Assembly: GCA_030141605.1 (NCBI GenBank)
Contig: JAQGDQ010000043.1
Location: 806,001 to 870,000, forward strand
Reading direction: 5' to 3'
DNA: 64,000 nucleotides
From: Tubiluchus corallicola
Taxonomy: Eukaryota; Animalia; Priapulida
Below are positions 55,030 through 64,000 of this stretch, piece after piece (the first letter of the stretch is position 1; every line of letters begins with the position of its first letter). The notes under the pieces were generated by a model. That model made no database searches. It saw only the letters and a program-made list of their open reading frames with translations, and had not been told where the DNA came from. Position numbers and translations under genes: made by a program.

Positions 55030-58000
55030 GTGAGTTCTAAACTATGGCATTGAGTTAGAGCATTATTTACTTTTATGTTTTTAAATTATTATTCATAATT
55101 ATAATTAGCCATTAGTTTATACCTAATCCCATTCCAGTTTAGCTATTTTGAGCTTTTGGAATTATCAATTAAAGATTGAAGATACCTAGTATTCATATTC
55201 ATAACTGAGTCCTTGCGGGGTAAAATATGAATTGAACAGCAAGTGCCTTTAGTATCAGTTTGGCTGAGAAATTCTACTGTAAATTGCACTTTTTGCTTCT
55301 CTGTGTACAATGAATGCTGTAATGTTGTATGGTCCACAAGAATCTGTGCATTTCCATAAATGTGTGGTTTACCTTTATAGAAATTTGTTTTTGTAATATT
55401 TTCAAAAGCTATAAACTTATCAAAGTGAAATGAATACAATTTCAAATTCCCAGCCATTTTACAAATTACTATGCCTCTGTAATCTGTTTACCACTATTTT
55501 CTTTTCTGCACCTCTGCTATTAAACTAAAAAAATTCTGCTTATGGCTGTGCGATTTGTTTAATTTCTAGTTACCCATTTGTGCATGTCAAAGGTTACAGA
55601 GTTAAGTGGTAATCTAATCAGTCATTATATTCTTGGGGCCAATCTATCTTTCACTAGCAACTAGTCATAACTAATGTCATGCCAAAAACCATAAGGTATC
55701 GGTTAATGGTGTATTTTTGTTGTTGATGTAGATGTTGTTTTGTCGTGTCAAATCAAACTTGACCTGAGACGAATACGACGAGACGAAGGAAATGTAACCA
55801 CTTGGACTGAGCCTTCTTTGGAATGTAATTCAAAAGTCTGTAGTTTGACACTGACTGCAGTTACTATCCCAACTTTTCACATTTTTTCCTTTAGGTCAAG
55901 TTTGCTTTGCAAAAAAATAATAAGTATGGTTTCATTTTTTTATTATTAATATATATTTATATAGTATAGATAGTATTGTATAATTTTCTTAATATGATGT
56001 ACTTTTTGTTTATGGCATACTTAAAGCATGTTATGATTCAGCAGCAATTATTCAACATTTTGTGCTTTACAGATACCTTCAGCATTGGTGAGACATTATG
56101 CTAACCAGGCACAGAAATTTGAGAAATGTATGATCTATTTTATTGTTGTACTATTATTTTAAACCACTGGTACTTATGTACTTGTAATCAAAATACCTTT
56201 GTGTGCATGAGATTGTGCAAACTAATAAAGATTGTGGATCTTCTACTATGTTTCGAAGTACAGTAGGCACCGTTTAATAGACTCTCTTTGGGATGGAAGT
56301 GCTTTGAGCCATTTAACCGACTAATTCAATTAACCTACAGGTGTAGTCTGTTACTACTATAGCAGTGTGAGTCACGACTCATCATCTTAGTATGCATTGC
56401 AAAGGCTTTAAATAAATTTTAAAAATGAATTAACGCCAAAATTTCTGTCCTTTTAAGAAAACTAATTTATATTAGTGAATTAAGAAAAAACGACAATAGA
56501 AAATTGAACAAATCTGATTATTACCATTAAAATTTTCATTTCTTCACAAAGAAGTTGGTTTATGAAATTCACATAATGATAAAAACATTGAAAATCTGTT
56601 GCTGTATGCTGCACATATTCATGCAAAACACCTAGTCACCTAGTGCTTTAGTTGCAGTCGGTGATGACCTTGTGTCACTTTGAAAAGCAGCAGCCATTTC
56701 AAAAGCAAACTGATGGGCAAGTGATTAAATGTTTAACTTCCAGAAACAATGAGGTTAGCTGCAGCAGACAAGCCAGTGACAGACATCCAAAGCAAAACTG
56801 CTATGCTAAGATATTAACTCAAATGATAAACATACTGTACCTGCTTACATACAATGCTGTACCTAACATGACTGTTTCTGTGTCGATGTAAAGATGACGT
56901 GAAAGCAGTAAAAGCTCTTTGGCACCCACAAGTGTCTTATTTTAAATAAGTGAAGAAAAAATATTGAGTCAATTATGCTGAGTCACAGTTATTTGAGTGA
57001 ATTATCGACAATTTTTATATACATTTGAATAAGAGCGGCCCGTGCTAGGCATTTTTGAGTCAATTAAGTGACAGATTCTATTAACCGCAAGTCTGTTAAG
57101 CAGTGCCTACTGTATTTCCTTTGCACTTGCTATGGCAAGAAATGGCAAAACTTTTATAATGGTGTTACATAGTATTTTTGTAAAAGGAAAGTGACAAATC
57201 AGATTAGTCTCAGAGTATTAAAGATTTTATTCATTCTGATTGATGTCTTTGAATAAGTGAACACCTTAATACAAAAAGATTAATCTCAAACACAGGCTGT
57301 TAGCAAAATTAGTGCATTATCAATTCTTGGCTGCTTTATATGGTTTGCTTTATATTCAATGTTTTTTGTTTAGTATTAGTAAATTTTCTGGTGATAAACA
57401 CATGTAGTAACATTCTACATATGTTTGTATTATTACATTTTTAAATAGTGTGTATTTTACCTATTAATTGCTTTAAATATGGTTTTTATTGAGTTACAGG
57501 TATTAATCAAGTTACACTTCTCGGCCGTGTTGGCGTTGATCCGGCAATACGTGGCACAGAACAAAATCCAGTAGTGACATTCTCTCTGGCTACTAACTCT
57601 GTTTTCAAAACAGCGAATGAGGGTGTGTACTTTTGGTGTTGTTTTTGTAGGGTTGTTGAAAGGCATAAGTTTATACTGAGTTTCTTTGGGATTATCACCA
57701 ACATTTGTTTGGGTTCATTTTCATTATTATTGATATTTTGTTAACACTGTGATTTGGTTAGTGGTGTTTAGTTGTGGATTTGTTTCACATTGGTCAACCA
57801 AACATCAAAATACGTAAAGTACGAGTATAAAATCTGTAATTCATCAGTATAGTCTCAATGTTTGCTATAAGAAAAATTAATAATGCTTCTACTTTAATTT
57901 ATTATAACAACATACATTACAGTAGTACAGTAAGTTTCATAGATTTGTTAAATAAAAAATTTGCACAGGGTTAATGAATTATGTTATGAAATAAACAGTA

Positions 58001-59380
58001 TTTACAGCATAAAAATAAAAAAATAATTTAATAATATAGTCATAATAATCATTTGAAGATGCCAATACAATATAAGTTATAGTTTTTTACACTTTCACAG
58101 GCTTGGCACAAAGAGCAGAGTGGCACAGAATCAGCATTTTTCAACCAAATCTCAGAGATCTTTCATTGCAGTATATAAAGAAAGGGTTTGTAAATTGTTT
58201 GTTTATATACAACTGTGTGGGCTTACATGCATGTCTTACAAATGACATGTCCGTTACATAAAGCTCATGAATGTTTTACTTTTATATTGTATTCAGTTTC
58301 ATTTGCAAGAATTCAGACGTACATATATATTTACAAATTATTATTTTCATTTGTTTCTTTTGTTTTACTCCTAGCGGGCTGCTGAGAGGAAGTACAATTA
58401 TAACTGATTTATTTAGTGAAGATGCACGTATGCTGATAAAATAATTATTATTGCAATATTTCATGAGATCTGAGAAGTATCATTGTGATAATAATTTTTA
58501 TGCAATGAAAAATTACGTTGGATCAGTAAAAAATGAAGCTAATTATCTTACAGTGTACTTGCAAGCAATTCTGCGGAATTTTTTCAGATTAGTTGAGTTT
58601 ATAATATGCAAGCAGACATCAGCTAGCACATTGCTATGTATCAGTATGAAAAACCTTTGCTCAGTAAATTTAGGTCATTATTGGCTCCTTGTAAACTTAT
58701 AAGTGATTATTAGAAAGGAGTAATACAACAAAATCAGCACAAGCAAGTTCAAAAATTTGTCATTAAATAACCAAATTGATATTAAAACTTATCATTGCTT
58801 AATTGATATTCATTTAGAAGACTCACTTACTAACATTCCTTATTTAGCAATGATTGTCATTGCGTCTTGCCTGTCTGATGCATCAAAACTTGTTTGCCAA
58901 GTTGGTTGATTTTGATATCAAACACATAGCAGTAAGTATCAGCGATGATCTTAATCCGTTAAAGACGATTTACACACATTTAACAAAACAAAGCGAGCGA
59001 AAGGAAAGTGTCCTTCAGTACCTTGTGGTAGGCTGTAAGGGTGCAACAACGAAAACACGTTAATTTCTCCAGACATTGTCATAAATCTTGTAAACATTTT
59101 TTTATATGAGCAATTGGCGATTTTACCTCTGAAATGATCGTCATGCATTTGCAATAACTTTACAGTATCTCTTGTAGAAAACGGCATCATTTAAAGACAA
59201 TTTTCTAAGGGTTAAGAGTAAGTAATATGAACAGATTTGGTGCTGTGTATGTGAAGCGTAGTGATGCTCTATTACCTGTAAATTTGTGTAGGATGCGTAT
59301 ATATTTAAGTGGTCGTTTGAGTTATGGACAGATCACGGATGCAAGTGGCGTAACTAGAACAGCTACCAGTATAATAGCAG
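55006..59380 (+). CDS. SSBP1: Mitochondrial single-stranded DNA-binding protein (OB fold); 5 coding exons found, 3' exon not located
   Basis: Spliced product MLHRIVSS|IPSALVRHYANQAQKFEK|CINQVTLLGRVGVDPAIRGTEQNPVVTFSLATNSVFKTANEG|LAQRAEWHRISIFQPNLRDLSLQYIKKG|MRIYLSGRLSYGQITDASGVTRTATSIIA. It has the SSB motifs N.V.LLGRVG.DP, FSLATN, WHRI and KG.R.Y..G.L. Confidence 0.95.
56073..56127 (+). CDS. SSBP1: SSBP1 coding exon 2
   Basis: tttacag|IPSALVRHYANQAQKFEK T|gtatga; RHY/A resembles an R-3 mitochondrial processing site. Confidence 0.85.
56261..57112. mobile_element. Tc1/mariner-pogo (Tigger-like) MITE in an SSBP1 intron
   Basis: TA on both sides; TIR cagtaggcaccgtttaatagact / agtctgttaagcagtgcctactg. 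Confidence 0.85.
57500..57622 (+). CDS. SSBP1: SSBP1 coding exon 3
   Basis: ttacag|INQVTLLGRVGVDP...FSLATN...|gtgtgt. Confidence 0.95.
58101..58185 (+). CDS. SSBP1: SSBP1 coding exon 4
   Basis: ttcacag|LAQRAEWHRISIFQPNLRDLSLQYIKKG|gtttgt. Confidence 0.95.
59292..59380 (+). CDS. SSBP1: SSBP1 coding exon 5
   Basis: tgtgtag|MRIYLSGRLSYGQITDASGVTRTATSIIA G|gtaagt. Confidence 0.95.
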
Positions 59381-62076
59381 GTAAGTGTATTTGCGAGTGT
59401 TTTTATTGTATTTACAACTGGCATTAGTAGTCTATCTGCTGTTAAAGCCACTATATGCGAGATTCGAGAATACATTAGTAACAAGGTACAGCGTGCAAAA
59501 GTTTTAATGCAACATCGCTGGTGTCTCGTTGGACAGAAGAAAATCATTTTAATTACTCTAAACTTAAATTTATGTTGTATTGTCATCATACTTTTTTGAG
59601 TTTTGGATAGTGCTGCCACCTTCAGGTGTTCTTGTTAAAATTGTTAAATCTTTCTCTTTACTATTTAAATTTTCATTGGCTTCTACAGTTTAGGAATGCA
59701 TAATCTCTAAACCTGTTTTCACACCTAAATGATTTCACCTGTAGTTTTTGGTCACTTGGTTTTCTGTTTTTTAACATGACACTACTTCGCTGTTCATGTA
59801 GACACTTCAGAATAAAATCTTAAAACTAAATTTCAAGTTTTTTGGTTTCTTCAAACTACTCATAGTTAAATATGCTGATATCTTTATATGTTTTCCGAAA
59901 GATGAAATTGTAAGAGAAATTTGGTTCACAGATTCACTGCACAAGGCAGAATGGAGTTTGCTTTCTATACTTCATTGATGATGGTTTTGAGTCTAAGTAA
60001 GGTATACCATCTGATTTAAAAGCAAATATGAGGCAGTGGCATGGTGGTTACGTCTTTTCAAGGGGGATTGACATCCATTATCCCTGCCTCTTCTTCCGTG
60101 ATAAAATTGCAACATTATTAGCACAGAAAGTAGGCGTAGACATGACATACATAAACAAATAGTTACTAGCTATGACTGCTTCTATATTTATTGTTCTATA
60201 ATAATTACTGAAATAAGCTGTACAGTAACATACAGTCATTGCAAGTATCCACTCAATCTGCAATGGCCAAAAATAAAATAATTTGATTCTATAGTACTTA
60301 CATATGTCATGTGTAGTAGCCAAGTAGTCTAGATTGCACACTGAACCCACAAATTTATGAGACAGGCCTAATGTTAGTGTTATTAGTGTGTGTATATATG
60401 GTAATGTACGGTAGATAGGAGTCATTGATTTCTAACATTTTTTTTAATTTTTCTAGTCTGCACACTTCCCAACTCACTGTCCTGCAGCCTTAGTCTGCAT
60501 TTGTAGCACTGCCATTGCTGTGACTGTGAGGTTCCATGGGTAAAAACTGAAACTTGCTGCTGTACTTTTAGCCCTGTGGTTGAGTATGTATCATGAAGGA
60601 CCACTGGAAATAAAATCATTGCATTTGTACAAAAGCCATGAGCTGACAGAGCTGTTCAAGTCCCAGTTAGAGCATGCTAGGGAAATTGTAGACTCACATG
60701 AGTAGTATACCAGCCTACGGTTTTATCTAAAATGCTTTTTGAGTTACAATAGTAATACTAAAACAATAATAATCACTATAAAAACCGTAAAATTGGAGGA
60801 AAAATCGAACTTAATTCAGCAACTTCTACCTATGTTAAATATAATTTCCATGAAATTTAGCCACTTGGTTTAATATTACCTATATTGCTAAGCATGTATT
60901 GCTGCAAGTATATACGTGCAGAAAGTTGTGGTTAGCAGCTAATTCAGCTATGATAGTTATAATAATATTAATTGTTAAATGATATTGTTTAATGTGTGTA
61001 ATTGTTAAATGTGCTAAAGATACCAGTGATGTCCTGGCAAAGCTGAAGCAGCTCATTTTTGCCTGTACAAAGCTTTTCGTCGGTTTGTAAATATGATATG
61101 ATGATCAACAGTGTCTAAATTATAATTTGACACCTAATCATGTTTTGCCTTCAGCGCTGCTTTAAGCTTGTAGACTATGAAAGGATAACTGTATTTAGTA
61201 ACTAAGGATAATTAATGGCTGCTTATGAAAGGATACAAATTTGCAAATAGCTCAACTTAGTGGTCATTTTCTTTCCATGTTTAATGTTAAAAGAAACAAA
61301 TAGCTGAATTGTCGAAGACTCACATTGTTGGCTTCACGTGCTCACCACTGGTTGGGGTTTCAGATGGACAATGTTAATAAGTTTTGATTGTTTTCTGTAA
61401 AATTTTTTTTGATTGCCATAACAAACGTTCTACGTTTATTCCTTGAGTTTCGCATTTGCTACCTCCACCACCAGTATACGTAGCTCTGCCTAAAACCTCA
61501 TGAGTCAACGAACTGCAAAGTAGTTACAGTTAGCCCATGTCATTCCTCTGAGAACCTCAGCATGGAGTGAAGTGCAAACCAACAAACAATGTCAGTGCAC
61601 ACACACACAGACGAAATTTAGAAAAGTGCAATCCTAAATTCACAGCAGTTACACAGTTAGGCAGTGTTAGGCCTCTTTAGAAAATAGATAAATGACCACC
61701 AGGAAAATTATTTCGAATAGTTGATGCCATTTTCACCGAGCTATTTATTGCTAGCTCACTGAATAGTAAAGTAGGGTTAAAAATTAATGAAAAATCCCAA
61801 CTTGAGAAAAAAGAACACGAACTTCCAAACTACCAGTTTGTGGTTTTCATCAAGTGAAATATAAAAAACTTACATAAAATTGCTATATATGTTAATTTTT
61901 TTAGAGTTTTTTGTTTTGCTAACATGCGGAAAAAAGATAGAGAAACAACGAATAAAAAGCCACAAGGGCAAGCAGAGGCATGAAATCACTGCCCACAATC
62001 ACATTGTGCTGCAGTGAAACCCTAAATTTATGTTATATCAGATGTGGCCATCTTCATCTGGCTATCCTTGTTGAGA

Positions 62077-63026
62077 GAATGTAGGTAAAAATGGCACAAA
62101 TGGTAAAGTACGTAAAAATGGCACACTTAGTACTGTATGTGCTTAGGGTTATTGTTGGAGTGGGGTATAATTATTTTAGTTGTTTTTACCTCTGCCAATG
62201 AAGTTATTATTCAACACAGTTTGTTTGTTTGTCTATTTGGTTGTGTTTTTGTCTGTTATGGCAATAAGACTATTATGCAAAAACTGTCTGACAGATTTCC
62301 AAATTCTTTGTGAAGAAAAGTGGCACAGAGTGCCATAATGGGAATTTTTTCACTGGTTCTTTTTTCGCAAGATGTGGCTGAGCACCACCTACAAAAAACA
62401 TTCGTGAAGCACTTCATGAAGATCTCAGTGGGAGTGTTTAGTACTTCTTTTTATTATATCCACCTGGACACACAACTACGAGTTTCGAGGAAATCTCTCT
62501 TGTAAAATTGTGTAATGCTGTCCATAACCTTTGTTTGTTAATGTGTGTAGCCCTATAAGATGACTTGGCACGTATATATTTGTCAGTCTATTACCACCGC
62601 CAAAATTAATGGTGAAAAGGTAGATAAACACTATGTTGAATATTCTAGCGTTATTGATTATCAATCCATTTAATGAACAAATATTTTGTGAGTCTTTTGC
62701 TAGTCTATATAATGCCAACACATGTTTGCTTGTTTATCGTGGCGTTAAATTTTTGAATCAGAAGAATCAGATGAATAAGATTAGGATTGTTCAGCTTTGG
62801 CAGAGATCTGCTTCCTACTGAGCGCATTCTAGTTTTATGTAGAAATCAATTGCATCAAAATAACATACGTGCCATTTTTTCCTACTTTTCCATTTGTGCC
62901 ATTTTACCTACTTTTCCATTTGTGCCATGTTTATCTACTTTCCGTTTGTGCCATTTTTTTCTGTGCCATTATTTACTGTGCCATTTTTTCGGTGCCATTT
63001 TTCCTCTGCCATTTTTACCACGCACC
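62077..63026 (-). mobile_element. Foldback/Mutator-like MITE with repetitive arms, carrying a nested HINE
   Basis: Flanked by ttgttgag(a/g) duplication (62068-62076, 63027-63035); arms of ggtaaaaatggcaca / tgtgccattttt repeats; mini-copy of the termini at ~37521-37588. Confidence 0.8.
62183..62836 (+). mobile_element. Helentron-associated interspersed element (HINE/DINE-1-like)
   Basis: T-run then subterminal IR acctctgccaa (62188) ... ttggcagagat (62797); (gttt/gtct)n microsatellite near the 5' end; 3' end ...ctactgagcgcattctag|tttt. Confidence 0.75.
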
Positions 63027-64000
63027 TTGTTGAGGTGCATGCAATTGTAATGGCTAATCCAGTAAAGACAAGTTGTACTAATATCTTTTCATAAATATAG
63101 ACGACTTCATGTTTCAATGTTAGACAACTCCATCCTCACTTCACTCGCATGCTGGAGAAATATCCTTCATTTTAGGTTTGAAATTCTCTTAATGGTACTT
63201 TCTTGACAGTTCCAGTTTTCAAATTGTCGTTTTCGGTGGTTGAATGTAAAAACAATCTGTGTCTTATTTCTGATTATCCACCCAGTTTGAAATGATAAAA
63301 AAGCGTCCTGCATGTTCCTTTGTCATGACTATTATGTGATTTACCTGCTTAAAGTAGAAGAAAAGGCAATTTTAAAGTATGTCCCAAAAAACTTCCCGCA
63401 CAAATTTATATTACTTAGCATTATGCTTATCTGTTTGAAAGACTTATATAACTAGAAAAGAATATTCTTAGTAATTTAAAATGTTCGTGCGAACTGGTAA
63501 AATTTTACTGATTCGTCCTCCCATTGTGCACCACTTACTCACCAAAAAACACGTTATCAATCTTATTGACAATATAAAGTAATTTAAACTTTTGCACTGT
63601 AAGTGAAGTGGGCGCTATAAATATGCTGATTATTTTTTTCAAAATTTACGTAATGTTACCTAAACTTGCTTCAAACGACCTACCGTCATAATGTCTATGC
63701 CTAACGGTCATATCGGAAGTTTAAATTTTCATGTTTTATGCAGCGTGATGCAAGCCCTGCATGCAATAAGACGTGAGAATTTTTTAAGCTTTATTTGTGA
63801 AGAGTATTTTCTTGTGCTTTAAGTTTCCCTAGTGTGGCAGTATTAAAGGCCTATATAACCCGAACAGACATTGAAATTTTTTAACTCATTTTTATGATTA
63901 CAACTTACACAGAGCATTCATAATTATTATTAAACAAAAGAGACTTATACATTAAATGACCTATCTTTTTCTGGCGAATTTCGAATGCGGCCATTGCCGT

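Noticed and set aside
55895-55928. Alternative SSBP1 start exon (tttag...ATG|gtttca)
   Set aside because: The donor is weak; the exon at 54963-55029 has a better donor and yields a better mitochondrial presequence.
1710-59380. Non-canonical or U12-type introns
   Set aside because: All reconstructed introns are GT-AG, and none has the U12 GTATCCTT donor.
60422-60619. Minus-strand ORF with WQCYKC as the last exon of another gene
   Set aside because: Only a partial PHD-like hint and no partner exons; more likely a decayed TE or chance.
62850-63026. tgtgccattttt repeat array and overlapping short ORFs
   Set aside because: This is the repetitive arm of a foldback-like MITE; the ORFs are by-products of the repeat.

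Overview
AT-rich, repeat-dense eukaryotic DNA, most likely from an invertebrate animal; the taxon cannot be fixed from the sequence alone. It holds two protein-coding genes arranged head-to-head. (1) Minus strand: a complete BLTP3/UHRF1BP1-like (SHIP164) bridge-like lipid-transfer protein gene. I reconstructed 24 GT-AG exons by hand from ATG 49402 to TAA 1710 (4959 nt, about 1652 aa, all phases consistent). (2) Plus strand: mitochondrial single-stranded DNA-binding protein SSBP1, with five coding exons at 55006-59380; the last exon was not found. Introns and the intergenic region carry many transposon relics: hAT elements with exact 8-bp TSDs, pogo/Tigger-like and Harbinger-like MITEs, Helentron-associated (HINE-like) elements, a Mutator/foldback-like composite present twice, an Academ-like relic and several decayed LINEs. 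There is no CRISPR array, rRNA or intact tRNA. I found no convincing novel multi-gene system. The most unusual non-coding items are a palindromic element made of two outward-facing tRNA-like heads and the composite foldback+HINE element whose inverted copies bracket SSBP1. Family assignments rest on motif recall, not database searches.
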